Below, in pieces: positions 39,677 to 49,315 of a DNA stretch of 64,000 nt. Source of the stretch: an uncultured bacterium (GTDB lineage Bacteria > Bacillota_I > Bacilli_A > RFN20 > CAG-826); assembly GCA_949293255.1 (NCBI GenBank), contig CASFCL010000002.1, positions 30,395-94,394 on the forward strand. Reading direction: 5' to 3'. The notes under the pieces are model-generated. The model made no database searches, was not told the origin of the DNA, and worked only from the letters and a program-made list of their open reading frames with translations. Positions within the stretch are counted from its first letter, which is position 1. Each line of letters begins with the position of its first letter. The position numbers were made by a program, and so were the translations under genes.

Positions 39677-41245
39677 TTATTTTATTGTTCCTTCATTGTT
39701 GGTTTGAAGGTATTCTGTAAGGTTTTTATAGGCTCTTTTTAAGGATGGATATAATTTTAAATAGACGTCATTATAAAGATATTTATATTTTTCTGCAGCC
39801 TCTTTATTTGGTTTGAATTCTTTAACATAATGAACCATATTTGCTTTAGCTTCTTCACTATTTTTATAAACTCCTAAAGCAATAAAAGTTGCCATTGCAC
39901 ATCCTAAAGAACTAGCTTCATATGTATCTGATTTTAAAACTGGGATGTTAAAAATATCTGCGGTGATTTGACAAATCGCATCTGATTTAGATCCGCCTCC
40001 AGCAACTGTTAAATATTTGATTTTGTTATGTCCTCTTTGAACCATTCCATCTAGCCCTTCTTTTAAGGCATAAGCAATTCCTTCAATAATGGCTCTATAA
40101 ATATGGAATTTAGTATGAACATCATAAAATCCAATAATTGCGCCTTTAGCTAAAGGTCTTCTTAAACCTGGCCCCCAATAAGGTTGAACTATAAGTCCAT
40201 CACTTCCTGGAGGTACATCCATAAGTTTTTTATTTAAAATTTCTTCAACAGACATTTTTTCAATTTGAGCTTCAATGTTTTCGCTATCAGCAAATTCATG
40301 AGAGAACCAAGAAAGCATCCAATAGCCTCTATATATTTGAACTTCTTCGTTATATACACCTTCATAGCATCCTGGATAAGCAGGCAAGAATGGTTCAGGA
40401 GAAAAATATCTTTTCGAAACAAAGGAAACCGAACTTGCAGTTCCATAACTTATATGTGCAACAGAATTATCAATTGCTCCAGAGCCAAGCTGCTCACAAG
40501 CCTTATCATTGCCTGTTGCAATATATTGTAAACCTTCAGGAATTCCTGTAAGTTCACTACATTCTTTAGTAACTTTTCCTATTTCTTCGCCAGTTTTAAA
40601 AATGGTTGGACATGTTTTTGGATCAATTCCATAAATAGAGCCTTTGATCGCATATTTTCCATACCATTTTTTCTTTTTGAAGTTAATTGGATAATGTCCA
40701 ACCATGTTTGATGGACCATCACCTAAAACTCCTAAAATTCTATAATTTAAATATGATGAAAGAGGAACGTAGTATTTAATTTTATTCCAATTTTCTTTTT
40801 CGTTTTCTTGAAGCCATAAAGCAGGTGTTCTTTTTCTATTTAAAATAACTGCCGATTTCATTCCAATAATTGAGAAAATTAAGGAATAAAGTTTAGGAAT
40901 TTTTCTTTCTAATTTTGCTTGTCTTTGATCTAACCAAATTATTGAAGGTCTAACTACATTAAAATCTTTGTCAAGAAAAACAGGAGTATCTCTAAAACAA
41001 GTTAAAGACATTGCTGAACATTTATTTAATAATTCGTTATGCTTTTCTTTTAATCTATTTGTAGCTTTTACCATTTGATTAAAATAATATTCAGGATGTT
41101 GTTCACAATAACCAGGTTTTAAAGAAAAATAAGGTTGATCATATTTTTCTTGCTCAAAGGCTAAAAATTCACCCTTTTGATTGATTATGCAAGCCCTAAC
41201 TGACTGGGTTCCAAAATCAATTGTAAGTACTAATTTGTCTTCCAT
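39677..41245 (-). CDS. FGGY-family carbohydrate kinase
   Basis: IDFGTQSVRA, WLDQR, ATGNDKACEQLGSG, RAIIEGIAY, VAGGGSKS. Start moved to ATG 41245 (7 nt after TATAAT). Confidence 0.9.
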   Translation of the reverse strand: MEDKLVLTIDFGTQSVRACIINQKGEFLAFEQEKYDQPYFSLKPGYCEQHPEYYFNQMVKATNRLKEKHNELLNKCSAMSLTCFRDTPVFLDKDFNVVRPSIIWLDQRQAKLERKIPKLYSLIFSIIGMKSAVILNRKRTPALWLQENEKENWNKIKYYVPLSSYLNYRILGVLGDGPSNMVGHYPINFKKKKWYGKYAIKGSIYGIDPKTCPTIFKTGEEIGKVTKECSELTGIPEGLQYIATGNDKACEQLGSGAIDNSVAHISYGTASSVSFVSKRYFSPEPFLPAYPGCYEGVYNEEVQIYRGYWMLSWFSHEFADSENIEAQIEKMSVEEILNKKLMDVPPGSDGLIVQPYWGPGLRRPLAKGAIIGFYDVHTKFHIYRAIIEGIAYALKEGLDGMVQRGHNKIKYLTVAGGGSKSDAICQITADIFNIPVLKSDTYEASSLGCAMATFIALGVYKNSEEAKANMVHYVKEFKPNKEAAEKYKYLYNDVYLKLYPSLKRAYKNLTEYLQTNNEGTIK

Positions 41246-41407
41246 AGACACAATTATAAATGTTTTTTGCCTACTTTGCGTAAATAAAATCAAAAATATC
41301 AAAATTTTTGAAATAAAATATCCTATTTTATTTTATATAGGCTTTAAAATTTGATACAATTTTAAACGAAGTTGTAAAACAACTGCCTATTTAGGAGGAT
41401 TATATTA

Positions 41408-44068
41408 ATGGCAAAAAAATACGTCTTCCTCTTTAAAGAAGCTCATGGATTAGGAAAAGAACTTCTTGGAGGAAAAGGTGCAGGTCTTGCTGAAATGACA
41501 CACATTGGTGTCCCAATCCCACAAGGATTCACTGTATCAACAGAAGCCTGTACACTTTATTATGAAAGCGGCAAAACAATGCCAGACTACTTAATCGAAC
41601 AAATCGATGAAGCAATTCACGCAGTCGAAAAAGAAGCAGGTAAATCATTTGGTGGCGTTGATAAATCAAAAATGCCTTTACTCGTCTCAGTCCGTAGTGG
41701 TGCTAGAGTTTCTATGCCAGGTATGATGGATACCATCCTTAACCTTGGTTTAAATGATGAATCAGTTGAATTATTAGCAAAAGCAGCTGGTAACGAAAGA
41801 TTTGCTTACGACTCATATCGTAGATTTATCTTAATGTTTACAAACATTGCAAAAGGTCACCCAAGAACCGATATGGATGCAATGCTTGATAAAATTAAAG
41901 AAGATAACGGTTATAAACTCGATACTGAAGTTACAACCGAACAATTAAAAGAATTAGTAAAAGCTTATAAAGCATACTATAAGAAAACATTTGGTGAAGA
42001 TTTCCCATCAGATCCATATGTCCAATTACATGAAGCTGTTACTGCAGTCTTTAGATCATGGGATAACCCAAGAGCTAACACATATAGAAAGATGAACTCA
42101 ATTCCTTATGCATGGGGTACTGCTGTTAACGTTCAATCAATGGTCTTCGGTAACTTAAACGAAGATTCAGGTACTGGTGTTGCTTTCTCAAGAGATCCAT
42201 CTACCGGTGAAAAGAAAATTTATGCTGAATACCTTCCACAAGCACAAGGTGAAGACGTTGTTGCAGGTATCAGAACTCCTCTTCATATCGATGAATTAAA
42301 GAAGAGAATGCCAGAAGTTTACGAACAATTCGCTACAACTATCAAGGCAATGGAAGCTCACTACAAAGATATGCAAGATATGGAATACACCGTTGAAAAT
42401 AAGAAATTATACTTCTTACAAACAAGAAACGGTAAGAGAACTGCTCAAGCTTCCTTACAAATCGCTCTCGATTTATTAGATGAAGGTGTCATCGATGAAC
42501 AAGAAGCAGTCTTAAGAGTCGAACCAAAATTACTTGATTCACTCCTTCACCCAACATTCGATGCTGCTGAACTTAAAAAAATAAAGCCAATTGCATCAGG
42601 TAACCCAGCTTCTCCAGGTGCAGGTGTCGGTCACTTAAGCTTCAATGCTAAAGATGCAGAAGAAAGACACGCAAAAGGAGAAAAAGTTGTCCTTGTTAGA
42701 GCAGAAACCTCACCAGAAGATATCGAAGGTATGGTCGCTGCAGAAGGTATCCTTACAATGCGTGGTGGTATGACTTCACACGCAGCAGTCGTTGCTCGTG
42801 GTATGGGTAAATGCTGTATCACTGGTTGTTCAGCTGCTGTTATCGACGAAGAAAACGAAACATGTACAATCAATGGTAAAGTTTATACAAAGAATGATAC
42901 AATCTCACTCTTTGGTTCAACCGGTGATGTCTACGATGGTGCTGTTAAATTAGTTCCAGCAGACACATCAGCAGGTAACTTTGGTAGAATGATGGCTCTT
43001 GCTGATAAATACAGAAGATTATCAATCAGAACCAACGCAGATACTCCAAAAGATGCTATCCAAGCTGCTACATTTGGTGCAGATGGAATCGGTTTATGTA
43101 GAACAGAACACATGTTCTTCAATAAAGACAGAATCTTCCACATGAGAAAGATGATTCTTGCTGATACAGTCGAAGAAAGAGAAGCAGCATTAGCAGAATT
43201 ACTTCCATATCAAAGAGATGACTTCTATGGATTATATATGTCCATGAAAGATTTAAAACACATCAATGTTAATGTCAGATTACTTGATCCACCTCTTCAC
43301 GAATTCTTACCACAAGAAGAAGATAAGATCGAAGAATTAGCAAAAGCATTAAATAAATCAGTTGCTGATATTAAAGCAAGAATCGAATATCTTCACGAAT
43401 TCAACCCAATGATGGGTCATAGAGGATGTAGATTAGATGTCACCTATCCAGAAATCGGTAGAATGCAAGCTCGTGCAATTATCGAAGCTGCTATCAAAGC
43501 AAGCAAAGATACAGGTAAGGATATCGAACCAGAAATCATGATTCCTCTTACCCTTGATATCAACGAATTCAAATATGTCAAAGGTATAATCACTGCTGAA
43601 GCAGATAAAGTTATCGCTGAAAACGGTGTTAACATGAAATACCATGTTGGTACAATGATCGAAATCCCAAGAGCTGCTCTTCTCTCCGGCGAAATCGCAA
43701 GCGAAGCAGAATTCTACAGCTTTGGTACAAACGATTTAACTCAAATGACATTCGGATTCTCGAGAGATGATGCTTCTAAATTCTTAGGTTCATACTATGA
43801 AAAGAAGATCTTCGAATCAGATCCATTCCAACACGTTGATCAAAAAGGTGTCGGCAAATTAATTAAGATGGCTGTCAAAGATGGTAGAGCTACAAGACCA
43901 GAATTACTTTGTGGTGTTTGTGGTGAACACGGCGGTGATCCAGAATCAATTTCATTCTTTAACGAAGTTGGACTTGATTATGTTTCCTGCTCACCATTCA
44001 GAGTCCCAATCGCAAGACTTGCTGCTGCTCAAGCAGAAATTCTTCGTAAAAGAAAAGAAGGAAAATAG
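41408..44068 (+). CDS. ppdK: Pyruvate, phosphate dikinase
   Basis: LLGGKGAGLAEM, SVRSGARVSMPGMMDT, GGMTSHAAVVARGMG, GIGLCRTEHMF, CGEHGGDP. Confidence 0.98.
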   Translation: MAKKYVFLFKEAHGLGKELLGGKGAGLAEMTHIGVPIPQGFTVSTEACTLYYESGKTMPDYLIEQIDEAIHAVEKEAGKSFGGVDKSKMPLLVSVRSGARVSMPGMMDTILNLGLNDESVELLAKAAGNERFAYDSYRRFILMFTNIAKGHPRTDMDAMLDKIKEDNGYKLDTEVTTEQLKELVKAYKAYYKKTFGEDFPSDPYVQLHEAVTAVFRSWDNPRANTYRKMNSIPYAWGTAVNVQSMVFGNLNEDSGTGVAFSRDPSTGEKKIYAEYLPQAQGEDVVAGIRTPLHIDELKKRMPEVYEQFATTIKAMEAHYKDMQDMEYTVENKKLYFLQTRNGKRTAQASLQIALDLLDEGVIDEQEAVLRVEPKLLDSLLHPTFDAAELKKIKPIASGNPASPGAGVGHLSFNAKDAEERHAKGEKVVLVRAETSPEDIEGMVAAEGILTMRGGMTSHAAVVARGMGKCCITGCSAAVIDEENETCTINGKVYTKNDTISLFGSTGDVYDGAVKLVPADTSAGNFGRMMALADKYRRLSIRTNADTPKDAIQAATFGADGIGLCRTEHMFFNKDRIFHMRKMILADTVEEREAALAELLPYQRDDFYGLYMSMKDLKHINVNVRLLDPPLHEFLPQEEDKIEELAKALNKSVADIKARIEYLHEFNPMMGHRGCRLDVTYPEIGRMQARAIIEAAIKASKDTGKDIEPEIMIPLTLDINEFKYVKGIITAEADKVIAENGVNMKYHVGTMIEIPRAALLSGEIASEAEFYSFGTNDLTQMTFGFSRDDASKFLGSYYEKKIFESDPFQHVDQKGVGKLIKMAVKDGRATRPELLCGVCGEHGGDPESISFFNEVGLDYVSCSPFRVPIARLAAAQAEILRKRKEGK

Positions 44069-44091
44069 TCTTTTCTAAAATTACCTAAAAC

Positions 44092-44127
44092 AAAGTGCCT
44101 TCTTGAAAAAGAAGGCACTTTTTATTT
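44092..44127 (+). terminator. ppdK intrinsic terminator
   Basis: AAAGTGCCTTCTT-GAAA-AAGAAGGCACTTT plus T-run. Confidence 0.9.
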
Positions 44128-44177
44128 GCTTTTTTATAGTTTTAACATATCAAAAATATGAAGTTAAAAGCAAAAAT

Positions 44178-44205
44178 AAAAACGCTAATTTTAAGCGTTT
44201 TTTTT
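44178..44205 (-). terminator. Probable terminator of the ispE operon
   Basis: AAAAACGCT-N7-AGCGTTTTT with T-runs on both sides. Confidence 0.65.
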
Positions 44206-44216
44206 GAGTTTAATTT

Positions 44217-44234
44217 AGGTTCTGCAGGGTTTTT
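44217..44234 (-). repeat. Dispersed motif B copy right after the ispE stop
   Basis: Minus strand AAAAACCCTGCAGAACCT. Confidence 0.6.
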
Positions 44235-44236
44235 GA

Positions 44237-45100
44237 TTAATTTTTAAGAGTTTTTGTTAATTCAATATTGTAATTTTTTGTTTCAAAATACTCATAAGCT
44301 TTTATTGCTTTTTTCTCGTCAGTAGTTAAAGCAAAAATTGAACTTCCAGCTCCACTCATTCTAACAAATTCAAATCCTTTTTGTTTTAGTTCATCTTTAA
44401 TTTGAGAAACTAAAGGTAAAATAACTGAAGCAGGTTTTTCTAAGTCATTAAAAGCAAGGGTATCTAATGTTTTTAAGTCGCCTGAATTAAGACAGTCGAC
44501 CATTTTATCATAATCAAGTGATTTATCAGTTGTTGGATCGTTTAATTCATCATATTTATTAAAAACATCAACAGTTGGTAAACCTTCTTGAGGTTTAACA
44601 ATTAACACCCAATATTGTTTTTTAAGTTTAACTGGATTAACAATTTCGCCTTTTTTCAAAACAATAGCAGGAACTGAGTGTAACGACCAAGGAATATCGC
44701 TACCTAGTTTAATAGATAAATCGATTAACTCTTCCATGGTTGTTTTAATTTTAAATAATTTAACAATTCCTAATAAAGTAGCGGCAGCATCAGCACTTCC
44801 TCCACCTAAACCGGCTTGTAAGAAGATGTTTTTATGTATATTTATAACAAGTTTGTCTTTAAATCCCCATTTATCTCTAGCTGCATTAATTATTTTATGA
44901 CAAACATTGTATCTAGATTTTTTTAATGTAAAATCATCACAAGTGACAAAGTCATCATAACCATTTTTATCTATTTTTATTTCAATACAATCGTGTAATT
45001 CTAAAGGCAAAAACAAGGACTCGATATCGTGATATCCGTCATCTCTTTTTGAAACAACTTTTAAGGCTAAATTTAGCTTGGCGTGTGCTTTTAAAAACAT
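44237..45100 (-). CDS. ispE: 4-diphosphocytidyl-2-C-methyl-D-erythritol kinase
   Basis: AHAKLNLAL..KRDDGYHDIES, KNIFLQAGLGGGSADAA, GSDIP, MSGAGS. Confidence 0.93.
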   Translation of the reverse strand: MFLKAHAKLNLALKVVSKRDDGYHDIESLFLPLELHDCIEIKIDKNGYDDFVTCDDFTLKKSRYNVCHKIINAARDKWGFKDKLVINIHKNIFLQAGLGGGSADAAATLLGIVKLFKIKTTMEELIDLSIKLGSDIPWSLHSVPAIVLKKGEIVNPVKLKKQYWVLIVKPQEGLPTVDVFNKYDELNDPTTDKSLDYDKMVDCLNSGDLKTLDTLAFNDLEKPASVILPLVSQIKDELKQKGFEFVRMSGAGSSIFALTTDEKKAIKAYEYFETKNYNIELTKTLKN

Positions 45101-45111
45101 AAGTAATAATA

Positions 45112-45933
45112 TTATAATTTCATAATTTTGAGTTGCAACAATGTATTTAATAAAGTTTCAAAATCTTCTAATTTTAAATTCTCTGCTCTTAAATTTTCAC
45201 TTAAATTATTATCTTTTAATATCTTAAGTGTGAGTTCTTTATCTTTTACAATGATATTCAAATTATTTAAGATAGTTTTTCTTCTGTTGTGGAACAAAAC
45301 TTTGCACATTTGCATCAATTTCCTTGCAAAACTCAACTCTTTTTCTTGCTTTCTTGTAATTTTGAATACTACAGACTCACAGTTTGGAATAGGAAAAAAA
45401 CTATCTTTTTTAACGTTTGTTATTCGTTTTATATCAAATAAATATTTTAAAACTATATTAATTACATTGTAGTCTTTTCCTTCGGTTGCAGTGATTCTTT
45501 TTATGAATTCATCTTGCACCATAAAAACAGCTTCTTTAAGATTTTCGTACTTTAAAATTACAAATTCTAAAATCTCTGTAGACATGTAATAAGGAAGATT
45601 TCCAATTACCTTTGTATAGTTGAATTCTTTATGTTTAACGATGTTGTTTTTATATATTTTTACATCATTTTCGTCGAATAATTTACTTAGGTAGTTAACA
45701 AACTTTTGATCATACTCAACTACTGAAAAACTATGTGTTTTCCCGACTAATTTTTCTGTTAAAGCACCTAAACCAGGTCCGATTTCAAGTAAAATGTCGT
45801 CTTTTTCAAGGTTTAAAGATTCAACTATTATGTCTCTAACTTCTGAGCTAACTAAAAAGTTTTGACCAAGTTCTTTTTTGGCATGTGAATTTTCTAATTT
45901 AAAGTATTCTTTAATGTCATTAACTGTTAGCAT
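45112..45933 (-). CDS. rsmA: 16S rRNA dimethyladenosine transferase (KsgA)
   Basis: KKELGQNFL, LEIGPGLGALT, GNLPYY, RRKTILNNL. Confidence 0.96.
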   Translation of the reverse strand: MLTVNDIKEYFKLENSHAKKELGQNFLVSSEVRDIIVESLNLEKDDILLEIGPGLGALTEKLVGKTHSFSVVEYDQKFVNYLSKLFDENDVKIYKNNIVKHKEFNYTKVIGNLPYYMSTEILEFVILKYENLKEAVFMVQDEFIKRITATEGKDYNVINIVLKYLFDIKRITNVKKDSFFPIPNCESVVFKITRKQEKELSFARKLMQMCKVLFHNRRKTILNNLNIIVKDKELTLKILKDNNLSENLRAENLKLEDFETLLNTLLQLKIMKL

Positions 45934-46468
45934 CTTTTAATACCTTTTTTAAATCTTCTTTAGTAATTTGTAAAATGTTCAACTTTTTTAATAATGTCTT
46001 TCCGTTTGAATGTCCGATCGAATAATAATCAGTTACTTTCTTTCTTAAACCTGAAGAATTTTCTTTACCTAATAAATCTAATTCATAAAGTTCGCTTAAA
46101 GTTATAGTTTCTTTAACAATATTATTAGAAATTTTAAGAAGATTTGAAAGAGCATTTTCAATTTCTTCTTTAGTAGATTCGGCTACACCAACTTTATGAT
46201 TTTTAATTGAAAATTCTTTTCTAACATAAGCGTTGTAACAACCTGAGATTTCTTCATTAATTTTGTTCCTTATTTGAGTTCCAGGAAAGTCAGGATCAGT
46301 AAGAATTATAATTTTTAAATTTTCTTTAGCTTTTTTAATAAAATTTATGTCTTTTTCGTTAATTGCAGATCCATTAACTGCATAAAAATTAGAATTTATA
46401 AAAGATTCTAAAAAAGTGATATCTGATTGACCTTCTACAACAATTAAAGAATCTATTAAATTAATCAT
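45920..46468 (-). CDS. rnmV: Ribonuclease M5
   Basis: IVVEGQSD, ILTDPDFPG..IR, VGVAE, NGKTLLKKLN; upstream of rsmA. Confidence 0.92.
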   Translation of the reverse strand: MINLIDSLIVVEGQSDITFLESFINSNFYAVNGSAINEKDINFIKKAKENLKIIILTDPDFPGTQIRNKINEEISGCYNAYVRKEFSIKNHKVGVAESTKEEIENALSNLLKISNNIVKETITLSELYELDLLGKENSSGLRKKVTDYYSIGHSNGKTLLKKLNILQITKEDLKKVLKDANS

Positions 46469-47243
46469 AAGTTTTCACGTGTAAACTTTTTAATGAATTT
46501 TTATAAGCCATGTCTTCTAATTCTTCTTGAGACACATTTCTTAATTCGGCAGCATATTTTACGGTTTCATAAATATATTCAGGTCGATTCATTTTTCCTC
46601 TATATGGAACAGGCGTTAAATATGGAGCATCAGTTTCAAAAACAATATCGTCTAAAGAAATTCCTAAAAATACTTCTTTAGAAACTTTAGAATTTTTAAA
46701 AGTAAGAACTCCTCCAAAAGCAATTTTAAAATCTAACTTAATAAATTCTCTAGCAGTTTCTAAAGATCCTGAATAGCAGTGAGCAATTCCAGCTTTTTCT
46801 ATTTTGTGTTCTTTTAAAATTTCTAAAGCATCTCCATAAGCATCTCTAATATGTAATGAGACAGGTAAATTTAATTTATTTGCGAGTTCGATTTGTTTAA
46901 TAAAAAGTTCTTTTTGTTTATTTCTAACTTCAATATCTTTTTCCCAGTAATAATCTAATCCAATTTCTCCAATTGCGATTACTTTATCGTTTTCTTGAGC
47001 TAATTTTTCTAAAAACAATATGTTTTCTAGGCTAAAATCATCAATAGAAGTTGGAATTATTCCAATTGCAGCGTATACATTATCAAAAGAATTTGCAATT
47101 TCGACTGCTTTTTTCGAGCTTTCAATATCCCACCCAACACATAAAAAGGCAGTTACACCTTTTTCTTTAGCTTCGTTAAGAAGTGAAGGAAGATTTTCTT
47201 CGTATTCTTCTGCGTTTAAATGTATGTGAGTATCAAAAATCAT
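46461..47243 (-). CDS. tatD: TatD family hydrolase
   Basis: DTHIHL, IGEIGLDYY, HIRDA, AHCYSG, ETDAPYLTP. Confidence 0.95.
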   Translation of the reverse strand: MIFDTHIHLNAEEYEENLPSLLNEAKEKGVTAFLCVGWDIESSKKAVEIANSFDNVYAAIGIIPTSIDDFSLENILFLEKLAQENDKVIAIGEIGLDYYWEKDIEVRNKQKELFIKQIELANKLNLPVSLHIRDAYGDALEILKEHKIEKAGIAHCYSGSLETAREFIKLDFKIAFGGVLTFKNSKVSKEVFLGISLDDIVFETDAPYLTPVPYRGKMNRPEYIYETVKYAAELRNVSQEELEDMAYKNSLKSLHVKTYD

Positions 47244-47244
47244 T

Positions 47245-48570
47245 TTATTTACCTACACAAAATCTTGAAAATATTTCTTTAGCAATGTCAAAATCATAAT
47301 CTTCACCAGTTAAAGATAATATTTTTAAATAAATTACTTGAATATCGCTAGCAAGAAGGTCGATTGGTTTATTATCTTTAATATCAAACAAAACATCTTC
47401 AAGTAATGTAACAATATTTTCCAAAATTGCAATTTCTCTAGTGTTATTAATTGATGGAAGATCATAATTTTTACTTTCTAAGCCTAATCTATTAATAATT
47501 TCTTTTTTTAATGGTTCAATATCGTTATTTAAAGCTGAAATATATAAATTATTTTCATCTTCTTGACCTATTAAATCTTTCTTATTAAATACAACGATGC
47601 TTTCTTTATCTTCAATTAAATTTAAAATTTCTTTATCTTCATCATCTAAAGTTGTTGAATCAAAAACAGCTATAACTAAATCTGCTTTTTCTAACTTTTC
47701 TTTAGACTTTTTAATACCAATTTCTTCGATAAAATCAGAACTTTCTCTAATTCCGGCTGTATCAAATAAATTTAATGTAATTCCATTTAAAACAATTTTT
47801 CCTTCAACAACATCACGAGTAGTACCTTTAATTGAAGAGACAATCGCTTTTTCTTCTTCTAAAAGAGAATTTAAAATTGATGATTTACCAACATTTGGTT
47901 TACCAACTATAGCAACATTGATTCCATCTTTAATGATTCTTCCTTTTTTACCATCTTTAATTAATTCTTTAATGTAATTAATATTTTTATTAGCAACATG
48001 TTCTATTTTTTCGTAATTTGCTTCTTCAATATCTTGGTATTCAGGGTAATCTATATTAACTTCGATGTTACTAAGTAAATCTCCAAAATCTTTTTTAATA
48101 GGTGCAATTAATTTTGAAGTCTTTCCTTGTAAAGAAAGTAATGATAATTTTTTAGATTCTTCAGTCTCAGCAAGAATTAAATCATTAATTGCTTCAGCTT
48201 GAATTAAATCCATTTTTCCATGCATATAACTTCTTGAAGAAAATTCTCCGTTTTTTGCATATCGAGCTCCGTTTTTAATACAAGCTTCTATAATTTTATT
48301 AAAGATTAAAGGTGATCCGTGACAAATGATTTCAGCACTATTTTCTCCAGTAAAAGAAAAAGGTTTTCTATAAAGAAGGAGAACTACTTCATCAATAATT
48401 TCCTCTCCATCTTTTAAAAAACCGTGCAGAATCCTATTTTTTTCTTCAAAATCGATTGATTTTGAGAAAATGTTTGAAACTATGTTAAAACAATCGTCCC
48501 CACTTAGACGAATTATTCCTAAAGCGCCTTTGAATGGTGGAGTCGCAAGTGCGACAATAGTTTCAAACAT
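47245..48570 (-). CDS. mnmE: tRNA modification GTPase
   Basis: TIVALATP, SFTGENSAEIICHG, GKPNVGKSS, DTAGIR, FSRFCVGK. Confidence 0.97.
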   Translation of the reverse strand: MFETIVALATPPFKGALGIIRLSGDDCFNIVSNIFSKSIDFEEKNRILHGFLKDGEEIIDEVVLLLYRKPFSFTGENSAEIICHGSPLIFNKIIEACIKNGARYAKNGEFSSRSYMHGKMDLIQAEAINDLILAETEESKKLSLLSLQGKTSKLIAPIKKDFGDLLSNIEVNIDYPEYQDIEEANYEKIEHVANKNINYIKELIKDGKKGRIIKDGINVAIVGKPNVGKSSILNSLLEEEKAIVSSIKGTTRDVVEGKIVLNGITLNLFDTAGIRESSDFIEEIGIKKSKEKLEKADLVIAVFDSTTLDDEDKEILNLIEDKESIVVFNKKDLIGQEDENNLYISALNNDIEPLKKEIINRLGLESKNYDLPSINNTREIAILENIVTLLEDVLFDIKDNKPIDLLASDIQVIYLKILSLTGEDYDFDIAKEIFSRFCVGK

Positions 48571-48586
48571 AATATATACTTATAAT

Positions 48587-49312
48587 TTATTCTTCTGATG
48601 ATTCAATAGCAACTTCAGTATTTGCAACTTCTTCTTTAACTTCTTCGTTTTCTTTTGGTGCTCTATCAAAGTTTTTACGATTTCTTGTTCTTCTTGGTTT
48701 GATAGGTTTTCCGTTTCCAACGTATTTGATTACGATTGATCTATCTTTTCCATCACCAATTGATTCGGTTTTAATATCGTTCCAATTTGCTAAAGCATTA
48801 TGGACTTTCTTTCTTTCATCTGGTGTCATTGGATCAAGTTTAGCATCAACGTGAGTTCTTTGAACTGTCTTAGCAACTCTTTTTGCGATACTAATAACTT
48901 TTCCGTATTTCTTTTCTTTATATTGAGAAATATCAATTAAAATTCTAAATTTTTTATGGAATTTTGAAGAAACAGCTAATTTAACTAATTCATTGAAAGC
49001 TTGTAATGTTTCTCCATTTTTTCCAATAATAACTGGATTATGATTAGTTTCAACTAAAATCTTAATTAATCCATCGTTAGCAAACGTTTTTAAACTTACT
49101 TCAATACCAAGTTCGTGGCAAATATCAGTGATATAAGTTTCAGCATATTCAATGATGTCGCTAACTTCAAAAACTGAAATTGTTGCTCTTTTTGTGAATA
49201 AGCCTTTTTTCTCTTCATTTACTTCATAAAGTAAATCTTCAACAGCTAATTCAAGTTCTGAACTAGCTAATTTAAGGCAATCATCGACTGTTTTAGCAGT
49301 GTACTTTTTCAT
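48587..49312 (-). CDS. jag: Jag/EloR (KhpB) KH-R3H RNA-binding protein
   Basis: IIGKNGETLQA, PMTPDERKKVHNAL, ESIGDG..R. Confidence 0.92.
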   Translation of the reverse strand: MKKYTAKTVDDCLKLASSELELAVEDLLYEVNEEKKGLFTKRATISVFEVSDIIEYAETYITDICHELGIEVSLKTFANDGLIKILVETNHNPVIIGKNGETLQAFNELVKLAVSSKFHKKFRILIDISQYKEKKYGKVISIAKRVAKTVQRTHVDAKLDPMTPDERKKVHNALANWNDIKTESIGDGKDRSIVIKYVGNGKPIKPRRTRNRKNFDRAPKENEEVKEEVANTEVAIESSEE

Positions 49313-49315
49313 AAA

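Noticed and set aside
46471-46486. parS-like GTTTTCACGTGTAAAC in the tatD 3' end
   Set aside because: The half-sites are out of register with the TGTTTCACGTGAAACA consensus (3 or more mismatches), it is a single copy, and there is no parAB in the window.
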